Below are positions 18,813 to 31,600 of a stretch of DNA of 64,000 nt, in pieces. The notes beneath the pieces were generated by a model. The model had not been told where the DNA came from. It saw only the letters and a program-made list of their open reading frames with translations, and ran no database searches. Position numbers and translations under genes: made by a program. This DNA is from Candidatus Gastranaerophilales bacterium. GTDB taxonomy: Bacteria > Cyanobacteriota > Vampirovibrionia > Gastranaerophilales > Gastranaerophilaceae. Within the stretch, counting starts at the first letter, position 1. Each line of letters opens with the position of its first letter. Location: the NCBI GenBank assembly GCA_017560095.1, contig JAFYOU010000025.1, forward strand, positions 28,435-92,434. The letters run 5' to 3'.

Positions 18813-18922
18813 ATAAAAGTAAAATTGTACCAATTAGCATATTTACTCCAAAACAAAAACATTAGCAAATAAATTTTTGTCTATGTTTTAATGTTAAAAA
18901 GTTATATATAAAGGTTTTTTTA

Positions 18923-19258
18923 ATGCAAATACAAAAAGTTCAATCTTCTCAAAATTTCGGTATGGCAATAACGATTACCCCTGCTGCCAAAAAATATATT
19001 GAATGCCGTTCTTCTCGTGCAAATTTGGAACAAATAAAAATTTTAATCAAAGAACAAAAAAAGAATCCTTTTGATATTGAAGTTTCTTATGTAGAAGATT
19101 TAAACAAAAATTTACAAAGTAAAGATTGTAATTTTTGTATAAAAGTTGGTTCAACAATACGAAAAAAAGGGTATAATCAAACGCTTTACAATTTTATTCT
19201 TTCTGCTGTTGAATATGCAAACAAATTGAATGCAAAATTTGCTAAAATTGAGAAGTAA
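18923..19258 (+). CDS. Hypothetical small protein (N-terminal MQIQKVQSSQNFG motif)
   Basis: ORF track 111 aa. No known motif. Confidence 0.55.
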   Translation: MQIQKVQSSQNFGMAITITPAAKKYIECRSSRANLEQIKILIKEQKKNPFDIEVSYVEDLNKNLQSKDCNFCIKVGSTIRKKGYNQTLYNFILSAVEYANKLNAKFAKIEK

Positions 19259-19934
19259 TAATTTCCAAAATTTGCTTTGGAGAATTTGCGAGAAATTCAG
19301 CATTATTTTTACGTAAAAATTCTTCATTTTTATAACCCCAAGTTACAGAAATACATTTGATATTAGCATTTTGGGCTGTTTGAATATCGACTTCTGAATC
19401 CCCGACAAAGTAAGTGAAATTTTTGTTAGAATTTAAAATTTCCATAACTTTTAAAATGCTATCAGGAGCTGGTTTTTTTCGAATATTTTCACTTTCTCCG
19501 ATAGCAAGTTCAATTTTTTCTGCGAAATATTTTTCACAAAGTTTTTTTGTTGCAGAATCAAACTTGTTTGAGACAACTGCGGTCTTAAACCCTAGTTTTA
19601 GCAACTTTTCTAACATTTCGATTATGCCGTCATAGGGTTTAGTTTTGTTAAACATATTTTGAGTATAATGTGTTTTAAAAATTTCCAAACATTCTTCAAA
19701 ATTTTCATTATTTTTTCCATTAGGAATAGAAAGTTCCATCAAAATTTTTACGCCATTCCCAACAAAACTTTTTATTTCAGGCAGAGTTTTTTGAGGGTAA
19801 TTAAATTTAGACAGTGCGAAATTCACACTGTCTTTTAAATCTTCTAATGTATACAAAAGAGTTCCATCTAAATCAAAAATAATTGTTTTAGATGGAGTAT
19901 TATTTTTTAGCGAATTGTCCATATAATTCTTCAC
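19242..19934 (-). CDS. HAD-superfamily hydrolase (phosphoglycolate phosphatase-like)
   Basis: ORF track 230 aa. Motifs: FDLDGTL motif I, VSNK motif II and GDSEVD motif IV. Confidence 0.85.
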   Translation of the reverse strand: MKNYMDNSLKNNTPSKTIIFDLDGTLLYTLEDLKDSVNFALSKFNYPQKTLPEIKSFVGNGVKILMELSIPNGKNNENFEECLEIFKTHYTQNMFNKTKPYDGIIEMLEKLLKLGFKTAVVSNKFDSATKKLCEKYFAEKIELAIGESENIRKKPAPDSILKVMEILNSNKNFTYFVGDSEVDIQTAQNANIKCISVTWGYKNEEFLRKNNAEFLANSPKQILEIITSQF

Positions 19935-21528
19935 GTTTTTTGATTACTGTAGGGTTTGTAAGATATTCATCATATTTGTTGCGCATGTTAATATAACCGT
20001 TTGGAGTTACTTCAATAATTCTATCGGCAACAGTTTGGATTAATCTATAATCTTGTGAAGTGAAAAGGATTGTTCCAGGATAGTCAATCATCGCATTATT
20101 AAGTGCAGTGATAGCTTCTAAATCCAAGTGGTTTGTAGGTTCATCAAAAATCATAACATTTGCTGCTTCAATCATCATTTTTGCAAACAAGCATCTAACT
20201 TTTTCACCACCAGAAAGAACTTTCACTTTTTTGTCCGCATCTTCACCTGTAAACAACATTCTACCTAAATATCCACGCAAATAATTTACGTGTTGGTCAA
20301 GTGAATATTGCGCTAACCATTGCATAATAGTCATATCATTTTCAAAGAAATAATTATTGTGCATAGGGAAGTATGAACGAGTTGCAGTTACACCCCATTT
20401 ATATTCACCACTATCGGCTTCAGTTCTTTCATTTAAGATATCAAAAAGAGTAGTCAAGATTAGTGGGTCTTTTGCAATAAAAGCAACTTTTTCTCCTTGA
20501 TAGATTTCGAATGAAAGACTTTTAATTAATTGTTCACCATCAATAGCTTTGTTTAAATTTTTAACAGTTAATACATCTCTTCCAGGTGGTTTTGTGTAAG
20601 TAAATCTAATTCTAGGGTATTGTCTTGAAGATGGTTTGATGTCTTCAAGTGTTAATTTATCAAGCATATTTTTTCTAGAAGTAGCTTGTTTAGCTTTAGA
20701 TGCGTTAGCACTAAATCTTGCGATGAAAGCTTTCAATTCTTCCATTTTTTCTTCAGTTTTTCTATTTTGTTCTTCTTTTTGTTTTTGAATTAACTGGCTT
20801 GCTTGTGACCAGAAAGTGTAGTTACCTGTATAAAGCGTAATATTTTTGTAATCAATATCTGCCATATGGGTACAAACATTGTCCAAAAATTTTCTATCGT
20901 GCGAAACAACGATAACCGTATTTTGGAAATTGATTAAAAATTCTTCTAACCAAGCAATTGTATTCAAGTCCAAGTGGTTTGTAGGTTCGTCTAAAAGCAA
21001 GATATCAGGGTTTCCGAATAGAGCTTGAGCCAATAATACACGGACTTTTTCACTACCAGAAAGTTCGCTCATTAGTGAATAATGAAATTCATCAGAAATA
21101 CCAAGTTCTGATAACAAACTAGCTGCCATAGATTCAGCTTGCCACCCGTCAAGTTCTGCGAATTCTGTTTCTAAATCTGCAACACGCAAACCGTCTTCGT
21201 CATTGAAATCAGGTTTTGCATAAAGTGCATCACGTTCTTTCATTATATCGTACAATTTTTTGTGACCCATAATTACAGTATCAATTACAGAATATTCATC
21301 AAATTCAAAGTGGTTTTGTTTCAATACAGCAATACGTTGACCTTTAGCAATATGAACTTCGCCTGAAGTTGATTCAATATCGCCAGATAGAACTTTCAAA
21401 AATGTTGATTTACCAGCGCCATTAGCACCAATAAGCCCATAACAATTTCCTGGGGAAAATTTTATACTTACGTTTTCAAATAAGGTTTGTGAACCAAATC
21501 TTACGGTTAATTTCTCTGTTGTTATCAT
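19900..21528 (-). CDS. ABC-F family ATPase (two ABC domains, no TMD)
   Basis: ORF track 542 aa. It has two Walker A motifs (GANGAGKS and a second domain), LSGGEKVR signatures and a charged linker. Confidence 0.9.
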   Translation of the reverse strand: MITTEKLTVRFGSQTLFENVSIKFSPGNCYGLIGANGAGKSTFLKVLSGDIESTSGEVHIAKGQRIAVLKQNHFEFDEYSVIDTVIMGHKKLYDIMKERDALYAKPDFNDEDGLRVADLETEFAELDGWQAESMAASLLSELGISDEFHYSLMSELSGSEKVRVLLAQALFGNPDILLLDEPTNHLDLNTIAWLEEFLINFQNTVIVVSHDRKFLDNVCTHMADIDYKNITLYTGNYTFWSQASQLIQKQKEEQNRKTEEKMEELKAFIARFSANASKAKQATSRKNMLDKLTLEDIKPSSRQYPRIRFTYTKPPGRDVLTVKNLNKAIDGEQLIKSLSFEIYQGEKVAFIAKDPLILTTLFDILNERTEADSGEYKWGVTATRSYFPMHNNYFFENDMTIMQWLAQYSLDQHVNYLRGYLGRMLFTGEDADKKVKVLSGGEKVRCLFAKMMIEAANVMIFDEPTNHLDLEAITALNNAMIDYPGTILFTSQDYRLIQTVADRIIEVTPNGYINMRNKYDEYLTNPTVIKKREELYGQFAKK

Positions 21529-21658
21529 TATTATTCCTTGCTTAAAATTTTAGTACATATTTCGACTAATACAATTATAATATAAATATTTTACTTTATC
21601 CTGTTGGTTAATGTTTGGTTTTTAAAAGCGGGTTATAAAATTTTTAGAGAGGTAAAAA

Positions 21659-21874
21659 ATGAGAATTAATCCGATACATACAACCCCAAAGACTCAATTT
21701 AGAGGGAAAAATCCTGTGAATATTATTCAAAAAGAACCAACTAAAACCCAACAATTTTGGGAAGGAGCTGGCGTTGTCGCAATGACATCTTTGCCGATGT
21801 TTCTGTTTATATATTTGCAAAATCTGTTCAGACAAACCTTTGGGAATAAAGGTAATAACAAACCTCAAAACTAA
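21659..21874 (+). CDS. Hypothetical small protein (N-terminal MRINPIHTTPKTQFRGK motif, C-terminal hydrophobic segment)
   Basis: ORF track 71 aa, preceded by GAGAGG. The competing antisense ORF at 21644-21868 lacks an RBS. Confidence 0.45.
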   Translation: MRINPIHTTPKTQFRGKNPVNIIQKEPTKTQQFWEGAGVVAMTSLPMFLFIYLQNLFRQTFGNKGNNKPQN

Positions 21875-22482
21875 AACTTTTTGAGAAGTTTAAACATGCA
21901 ATTTGCAATTTTGTTGTGTTCTTCAATTTCATAATGCAATCCATCAATTTTTGATGGCGTTGCAATTTTGTTAAGGTCTAAAATTTCGCAATTATTTTTA
22001 TTCGCAATTTTTTCATAAATAGATGAAAGAAGTTTTGATTTTTCTATTGATTTTTCATCAAAAAGATTTGCAAAAAAACCATTTAAAATATTTTCAGAAA
22101 TTTCTGATGGAGATAGTAGAATAATTTTTGCGTTAGGCAATTTTTCTTTAACGATATTAATCAATCGTTCAATACCGATTTCATAATCGGAGATTTTTAC
22201 ATCGTAACTAAATTGCAAATCATTAATTCCTACAGCAATTATTACGATATCAAAGTTATCAGTGAGGCATTCAGGTAGAATTTTAATTCCTGTCATCATT
22301 TTGCCTGCTGGATTTTCAGAAAAAGCTGTTCTGTTGTTGCAACCAGCTTCGACTATTTGAAAATCACCTTTTGTTAAACCTTGCAAAATTCCGCTCCAAC
22401 GCTCTGATTTTGCGTATCTTGTACCGTTAATAGGGTTGAAACCGTATGTATTACTATCTCCAAAACATAAAACTTTTTTCAT
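21871..22482 (-). CDS. SGNH/GDSL family hydrolase
   Basis: ORF track 203 aa. It has FGDSNTYG block I, GINDL block III and a DGLH-type block V. Confidence 0.85.
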   Translation of the reverse strand: MKKVLCFGDSNTYGFNPINGTRYAKSERWSGILQGLTKGDFQIVEAGCNNRTAFSENPAGKMMTGIKILPECLTDNFDIVIIAVGINDLQFSYDVKISDYEIGIERLINIVKEKLPNAKIILLSPSEISENILNGFFANLFDEKSIEKSKLLSSIYEKIANKNNCEILDLNKIATPSKIDGLHYEIEEHNKIANCMFKLLKKF

Positions 22483-22667
22483 AATATTTATGATATCTGG
22501 ATTTCAGGTTAATTCAAATATGTTAAAACTTGTTAAAAAAAGCTTAAACACCGCCAAAATATGGGAATACTCATTAATATAGATGATTTTATGAGAAACC
22601 CCAATTAAAGTTTTAATAAAACGTGCCGTAAATAAACCTAGGTGAGACTCTGAAAGGTTATTTTGTC

Positions 22668-25600
22668 ATGAGTGATATTAGGCTCGGTAATTCGGGCAAA
22701 ATAAACATAAATAACTTAAAAGCTGGAATTAAAAAGGAGCAGATTCAACACGATGAGAAACTGCAGAAACTTTTTGATGCCGTTGACACGCACAAAGACG
22801 GAGTCTTGGATGATAACGAAATTGAGCAATTCAAAAAACAAATTTTAGAACAAGCTGGCAATGACAAGCTTTCAAATAGGGAAGCTAATAAATTCCTCAA
22901 AAATTTAAAAATGGAACATATTACAAAAGAGGATTTGTTTGAGTTTATTGAAACGTTGTCGCAAGAGGGCGAAAACATTACAGAGTCATTGTGTGTATCA
23001 GACAAAAAAGGCAATAAAACCTACAAAATCACCTATAAAGATAATTCAACAGAGCTTATTAACGATGATTTGAGCCGAGATGTTGTCACAAAAGGCGATA
23101 ACGGCGAAACTATCGTCAAGCATTTCAAAAAAGATGCGAATAAGCCTTCGACCATTACGGTCAAAAAGCAAGATGGTTCAACCGAAACAACCAAAATGGA
23201 TGAGGATGGCAAACCAATAGAAAAAGTTGTTGTGGATAAAGATGGCAATACTACAACGACAGTTATTGGTGAAAAAAATCTTCCTACAATGCAAAAGGTA
23301 ATTCCAAAGTCAGGAACACCTATCGAAATAATTATTATGGATGAAAAAGGTAAACCTAAATCAAAAACGGTTGAAAATGGCGCTACTATTGAGGAATATA
23401 CCTATGATGAAAAAGATAACCCTGTACTAAATACCAAATCTGAAAATAAAGGTATTCCTGCAAAAGAAAAAATAACCACATACACCTACAATGAAGATGG
23501 CACAACCATTGCCACGACAAAAGAAGCCAATAAACAAACAGAGTTAATCACTAAAGGCGGAGATTTTATTTCTGAAACCGTGACTAATGACAAGGGACAT
23601 AGATTGTCACAGACTAAAAATGTTGATGGTCAATTGTACACAAAATCTTATGACGGCAACGGCAACACTTTGGGCGTGATAGTCCAAAACGGTGAAAGCA
23701 TATCTGCACTTGCTGAAAAATTTGGTTGCAGTGTTGATGATATTATCAAAGCAAACAAAGGATTGGTACAAGGCAAGGGTAAAGACGCATATTTCTTGGT
23801 TGGTACAGAGATAAAAATTCCACGAGAAATTGATGCAGATGACAAAGTTTTTGAAGGCAGAACCTCTAGCGAAGAAGCGATAGAGGGTTATTCTGCGTAT
23901 ATGCAAACAAAAGCTGCCGAAGAAGCTCAAAAAGCGCAAGAGGCACAACAAGCTCAAGAAACACAGGAAACGCAAGAGGCACAAGAAAAAACTCAAAAAG
24001 AATTGCAAGAAAAACAACGTGAAGCAAAAGAGATTGCTGAAGGTATGTATAATGCTTGTACTGCCAAACGAATGGGCAGTATAGGACATGAAGATTTTCA
24101 AACTCCTTTGAAGAAAATAAATGAACAAAACGCAAGTGCTGTAATTTCTCAACACAATGCTGCACATCCTGAAGAGAGCCTTGTTGCTTTGATTTGCAAT
24201 GAAAAAATGTCGTCTAACGGAGATAGAAAAGAGGCACTTACTCACATAATGAACCAATTGGCAGCGGAAGCTAGAGCCAAAGGCATTCCAGAAGCTGATA
24301 TTAAAAAATATGTTAATGAATTCAATATTTCAATGAAAGCTGAATTCAAAAAAGTAGGCGCAATTTCTCCAAACAAAATGGAAGCTTGCATGAAAGCTTT
24401 GCATGGTTTAGTTTTAAGTGCAGATGTCAAGGCAGATGAAATTACTGACCAAGAGGCGATTGAAAGCTTTAATGAAACTGCAAAAGGCGAATATGAAAAT
24501 GCCGAAACTCAATATAACACAGCACGAGAAAAAGAAGGTTGGACTGCTAAAACAGGTGACACTGTTTTAGGTTGGTTTGGATGTATCACAAAAGAAGATA
24601 TGGACGGCAAATTGGCGGCATATAAGGGTGATATTGAAAAGCTTCAAAACTGCAAAACCGAAGCAGAATTTAAAAAGGCATACGAAGAAGTTTTTGGAAT
24701 ACCGTTCGATAAGAAAAAAATAGCGGCATACGAAACTGCAAAAGCCGAAATGCAGTTGGCGGCTGGTGCGAAAGCCAGTGCAGATTCAATGCAACAACTT
24801 TATAATGAAGCACGAGGATTAGATTATGAAGCTTATAAAGCAAAAGTTGCGGATGCATTCAAGGGTAATCCTTCAGAAGATGGAAAACCAACAGGGCTTA
24901 CACCAGAAGATATTGACGAAATTGTAGATGCTTTGTCTGTAGATTATATGAAAAAACATCCACATGCTGATAAAAAGGATGTTCTTCGCCACTTTGTGGA
25001 TATGCAAAAGCAAAAGCAAATGGAGATATACAATGACGTTACAAAGGGCAGAAGCATTGAACAGATGGACAAAGAGCTTGATTCAATCAGGCAGAGCGCT
25101 TTTGGAACAAAAGATATCGTAAATGATGTAATCCAATATAACCAAAACCAAGAAATGACAGGCATGGCAGTAGAAATGGCTGGAGAAATTGCGGCAACAG
25201 CTGCATTGCAAGCTATTCCTGGTTTAGGACAACTAGCGGCTGCAAAATTAGCAGTAAGCGCAGCAAAATGGGGTACAAGAGGTGCTAAATTCCTTAAGTA
25301 TGCCAAAAATGCAAGTAATATAATGACAAAAGCCTCAACTTCATTGGAAAAAGGCGCTAAAGGTTTAGAAAAAGTTAACAAGGCAATAAATTCATCAAAA
25401 GCTTCTCGTATAGCGACAAACACAGGTGCAGCGTTTGTCGGTACTACAGGTGTAGACTTGTCAAACGGTAAATCTGTAAAAGAAGCATTGCAAAAAGGTA
25501 TGCAGAATGCTGTATTTGCGGGCGCAGGTGGTTTTTCAAATGAATTTGCACCAATATTGTCAAAAACATTAGGTCTTCCAAACAAGGTGTCTAAAGAATT

Positions 25601-28600
25601 AGCAGACGAAATTGCAGAAGCAGCATTAGACTTATTAACAAGTTCAGGTGCTTCTGTTGCAATGCTAGGAGAATATACTTCAACAGATGCATTCATGGAT
25701 TTGGCGACAGGTATTATTATGAACCGACTTGGTAAAGTTGGTGTAAAAAATGCAGGTCAAAAACCTGAACAACCTCAAACTCCTGTTACTGATAAGGCAT
25801 CTTCAAATGGTTCAGCTCAACCTTCCAGTGTAAAAGTTGGAGAGGCAAAAGCTGAAAAAATTGCAGATGAAGTTGATGCAGTGGTCTCTAATCCTGAAAC
25901 TAGTGGAGAAGAATTGGCACGAGTCAGACAAGAAGTTGACGGATTACAAAATCGTGATTTACGTCGAGACGCTGAACAAAAAATTGATAATGCCGCTGAA
26001 AACTTAAGCCCTGAAGAAAAAGCTAAATATGAAGCTGCTAAAAAAGCAAATGCTGAAAAGAATATTAACCATATTTTTGAAAAACATAGTGAGTTAACTT
26101 CAGCAGATGCTCGTGTTTTGAGTGAATATATTCAAAATACTGATGATATTGAAGTTTTGAACAAATTAAGACAACAATTAGCAGACAAAGAACACTCTTA
26201 TGGCGGAATTACTGCGAATTATGACAAGTTGCGTGGTGCAATTGACAAGAAAGTTGCTGAACTACAACCAACACCAGCTAAAATAAATACAGAACAACGT
26301 GAAAATGTTGTTAATATGTTGAAAGAAAAAGCGACAACTGGCAAAGGTTTGAATGAAAATGAGTTTAAAGAATTGACTGCATACATCTCAACAATAACGA
26401 GTGATGATGATTTAAAAGAAATCAAAAATTTAATTGGCGGAAAGAAAATGACATCCGCTCAAAAGAAAGAGTTGAAAGAACTTTTAGCTACAAAAACTGA
26501 TTCAATAAAAGCTCAATCTGCGTCAGCAGAAACAAACACAGCCGCAAAAACAGAAGACTCAAAACCTGTAACAAAATCAACAGAAAAAGTAGAAGACATA
26601 AATCCTGCAAACAGTGAAATTACTGCAGGTTCATTATATGATATAAAAAATCCTGAAGAATTTGTTAACCAACTTAAGCAAGCGCTTCCAGATGCGGAGT
26701 TGGCAAAAACTTTGGATGGTTTATCTGCAGAAGATGCTGATATATTAAAAAGAGCATACAATGATATTTTCCCTAATGGTGGAGATGAATTTGCACTGAA
26801 TGATTTCAATGAACTTTTACAATCTTTGCAAAATCGAAGCAAGAAAAATAACACAAAATTAGCTGATGAACTTCAATTAATAGATAAAATCTTAAAAGCT
26901 CCTTCTGCTAAAAATGGAGAGATAATAGATTGTGTTTTAATGTCTAGAATACCGACAGAAGAAAAAGTTCTAGACAATATTGAACGTTTACTAAAACTTA
27001 AAGAAACATGTGACAATCCATTGTTGAATATCGACAATATAATTGTTATATCTGGAAAATTCAAAGATATAGATGATATTGAAGTTTTGGTGAAAAGATT
27101 TGAAGCTAAAAATCCAGATGGTTCATATAAATATAATGTCGATGAATATGACGAATTTTCTGTGGATCCAACTGCTGTGAATAAATTAAAACAAAACATG
27201 TTGGATAGTTATAAAGATAAACCTGAAATTCATAAAGGGATATCAGAGTTTTTTGAAAATGCGGATTTAGAGTCTATAAAAGACTTTAAGACATTTATAT
27301 ATAATAGTGATGAGAAAAAGTTTTTATACAACTTACGCCAAAATACACCTAAAACAATAATGTCTGATATAAAAATGGGTCTTGATTCAATATCTGACGT
27401 TGATTTTAAAAAGATGATTGATGAAATGATTGCAGAAATTGAAAATTCTGATATGTCGCAAATCACGAAAGCTAAAAAATTAAGAGAACAACGTCAATTA
27501 GTAGATTCATATAATAATTTGACTGATAATTACGCCACAATAGAAGCTGGAGAACACCAAATATGGGGTTCTTATTGGAAAGATTATTTAAATTATATTA
27601 AACAAAATGATTCTGCTTTAGAAAAACTAATTAAAGGTCAAGGCAACTCTAGAGGTGGAATAGCGGCAAAATTTGAAAATTTTGTGAAAAAACGCTACGA
27701 AGACTTGAAAGATATTTTCATTACCGATAATAAAAATCATAGAGAAATTTTAAATTCTATGGTAAAAGAGTTTGAAGAATCTCAAAGAATAGAACTTTTT
27801 GTTGATTATTGCAAAAATAATAATGATAAAGCTTGTAATAAAATATATAAAGATGTTTATTTGAATCGTAGTGATTTTACTCCTGAAATTAAACAAAAAT
27901 TATCAGATATTTCTGATAAATTTGGTGTGAAAGTATTTTTGGATAGTAATATAACTGCAGATACAGACAAATGTCTTCAATATATTGAAAAAGAACTAGC
28001 GGAATGGAAAAAAGCAAGTAATGGTAGTGCAAAAATGCCACCTGTTTTGGATTTTACAGGAGCTAAAAAAGATTATTATGACAATACGAGTGCTTATGGA
28101 CATGGTAAAACCGCTGGTTTTAGTGAAAGTGCATCTAGTGGTGCTATTTCAATGTACGGTTGCACATTAGAACAATTAGAATGGAGTTTCAGACATGAAA
28201 TGACACACTCAAATGATTTGAAGCGTTTACACAACTTCCCTGAAGGATTTTTATCTAAAGCAGGGGACACTACTATTGCGCAAGACAGCAAATTCTTTGA
28301 AGAATTAGTAGAAATAGGTGTAGACCCAAGCCATGCTCCGTATGCATATAATAATCCTGAAGAATTTATTGCAGTAGCATCAGAGGGTGATTTGAGTAAA
28401 TGTTCACCTGAATTAAGACAAACTTTACTAGATTTTGGTATGCCAGAATGGCAATTTAATATGAAATCAAAGGCAGATTTAGTCCAAGAAGTTGTTGATT
28501 TAAAAGCAAACAAAATTGCTGATGATGCAAAAGATTTCAAACTTTGTACTTCTGTTAAAGAAGCTGAAAAATTATATGACAAATTAATCTCAAAACGTTG

Positions 28601-31600
28601 GATTGGTGAAGCAGATTTAAAAGATGGTGAACCAATTTATTGGTCACCAAACGGATGGGCACAAGCTATGTATAAAAATGACCATCCACAAGGTACACCT
28701 TGGAAAATGCACATGTACGCAAATTCTCCTGAAGAATGGGCGAATGTTGCGCAATTAGCAATGCCTTATTTACATAAAAATGAAGTTGTTTACAAAACAG
28801 TGACAGATTTAGATGACCATTTTAATGTTCTACGAGAGCCAATTGAAGGGCAAAGCATTAGCACGCAAACAGGTAAAGCATTTACAATATATTTTGAAAG
28901 TGAAGAGCAATTTTTGCAAGTTGCAAAAGATTTAGAAAAAATCTTTGACGCAAGTGGTTTAAAATCTTCTGGCAAAACTTATGGTGAAGCTCAAATTGGT
29001 GAGAGCGGCTTCCTTTCATACAGGCATGAATATGCAGAGCGTGGTACTCAATACAAACCAGATAATATAGACGACCCTTATTTGAATAGTAAAAATACGA
29101 ACAATCTTGATTCTAAAGATGTAGAATTTGGAACAGGTGTTGCCCGTCCTCAATACAAGGCAGGCGTTGATTATGAACAACCTGCTCCAACGTTAAAACA
29201 ATATACGGATGATGAATTGTTATCACAGTTTGATAATAAAGAATTAAACTCAAACGATTTTTATAAGATTAAAGAAGATATTTATAACGATATTAGATTA
29301 TCAGGAAAATATTCTGCTGAAGAATCTTTAAATTGCAAATTTGAAGATATTGAAGATTTCAATTCTCCATACGGCAAAGTTTATTATACAGATGGGTGGT
29401 TAGTTCACTCATTTGATAACGGTTGTAAAAATCTTGCGGTAGATAGGGTTTCATTATCTGTGAAAGCTGACCCAAAAATGCTTGAAGAATTAGACCGATT
29501 GTTAGCAAAAGGTGAATACCAAGATGCAACAGGAAAAACTCACAAACTTTCTGATGAAGCCTTTACCAAAGGTTCATATAAAACTGATACAAGTGCTGAA
29601 GAATGGATGACTCGTCATGATCCAATAACTATGTATTTTGACGAAACAGTGTCAAAAGAAATGTTAGATGCAATTGCAGTTGTGACTGATAAATATAAAC
29701 GTATTCCATCGAAAGAACTTTCAGGAGCTGTAGAGGGTTGTCCTTGGATTGCGAACGAACCTTATGTAACTCCAGAACAAGTGTATGATTTAATTACTAG
29801 AGCAAATCATATTAACAAAGAGCTTGGAGATATGATAAATAAAGAAGCAGGTTCTTATTTAGACCTTTCTTCTGGCGATTATTTAGCATGTAAAAAAGTT
29901 GTTGATGATTATGAACGATATTTAGAAATTAAATCGAAAATTGATAATGAAAAAATCACAAATCCTCAACCAATTGAAGATACTCCTGCACCTGAACTTG
30001 GAACTTCTAATATTAAAGCAGTAAAAAATGATGCTCCTGATAATTCTATTGAAATTGCAAAACAACGAGCAACAAGAGAATTAGAATTAGAGAAAGCAGA
30101 ACAGGTTGCATTACAAAAAGAACAAGAATATATAGACAAAACTTATAATAGTAAAAAATCTGCAAGCGAAAGTGCCGATGTGTTTAAAGCAGACTTCGCT
30201 CAAAAAGAAGCTGCTGCAAAAGCATTAAATCAGGTAAAACTTGAAAAAGCAGAACAAGCTGCTGTTGAAAGAGAACAAGCGTATATAGATAGAACTTATG
30301 GAACAACTCACAAATCCGCAAGCGAAAGTGCTGATGTGTTCAATGCAGACTTTGCCCAAAAAGAATCTGTAGCAAAAGCTTTACATCAGGCAAAACTTGA
30401 AGAAGCAAACAAAATGTTAGCGAGTTTGCAAGAAAAAAATTTCAATAGGTTTCAAGTAGAATCTTTAAAAGAAGCAATAAACAACAATCCTGATTTAGCT
30501 ATTTATTTTATGAAACAGATAGATGAAAAAGGTCTTAAATACAGTATTGAAGATATAACAGAATTTTGTAGTGCAAAAGAGTTGAATGTTACTACTTTTA
30601 AAAATTATTTAAAATTTTATGATGATATTAGTAAAATATTACCAAAAAATTATGATTTAAAATTTAATGACATGGTATTAACGTTGTCTAAACATTCCAT
30701 TAGTGATATGAATAATTTTATTTCATATATGAAAAATATTGATTTAACTCAAATACAAAATATTCTTCCAAATTTGTCTCGTGGTTATAAAGAACATTGG
30801 TTACTTGATTTTATTTCACATCATTACAACAAGGGTACGGTTGAATTTACACCGAATAATCTTACATTTTCTGAAGATTTAAGTGTATATTTAGAAAATA
30901 ATTTCTTGAATATAGATAAAATAGAAAGTTTATTAATATATTATCCATATACAAATCGAAATATTGGTTCATTGCCAGAAAATTGGTTAAAAGGTGTATC
31001 TGAAATAAATAAGACAACTATTTCTGACAAAGTTCAAGATGTAATTACACCATTTGTTAAAAACCGTTGGTGGGACGAAGGTGTTGATGAATTTCAAAAT
31101 GGTTTAGCAAAAGTCTTGAATAAAAATGTAAAAGTTGAATATTTAGGTTCTGGACAATATTGTAGTGCATACAAAATTTCTGTAGAGGGTAGTGAACCTG
31201 TTGTTATAAAAAAATATCAACTGCACGATGATTCTAATGCAACAACCAGAGGAGGACTTCATGGCTCAAAAATTGAACCTCAGGCAGGTTGGTTTGCAAG
31301 TAAAAATACAAATGAAACTGTTAAATATTATTGTGGCAGAGTCGAAGGTGTAATAGACGCAGATGCTTATACAATTACAGAATATGTTTCACAAGATTCG
31401 TCGATGAAAGATTCAGGAAGAGTTAATAATTCAAAATACAACATTAAATTTACAGATCATGCATCTGGAAATAAGATTAATGGACAATATGTTGATTTTG
31501 GTGCAATAGTTGTAGAAAACAGTAATGGCACCCCTGTAAATATTGAATTAGAAAAACCACGAGATATAAACATACGTGAAGAAGTTTCAGGTAGTGCAGA

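Noticed and set aside
21644-21868. 74-aa minus-strand ORF
   Set aside because: It competes with the + strand ORF at 21659-21874, which has an RBS and the recurrent N-terminal motif. The minus ORF has neither.
23607-25696. Long antisense ORFs inside the giant gene (for example 23607-24257, 24944-25696, 28094-28582, 33494-34255)
   Set aside because: They are shadow ORFs opposite a strongly supported 12.6-kb frame. Their translations are low-complexity (F/L/S/C-rich) with no RBS or motif.
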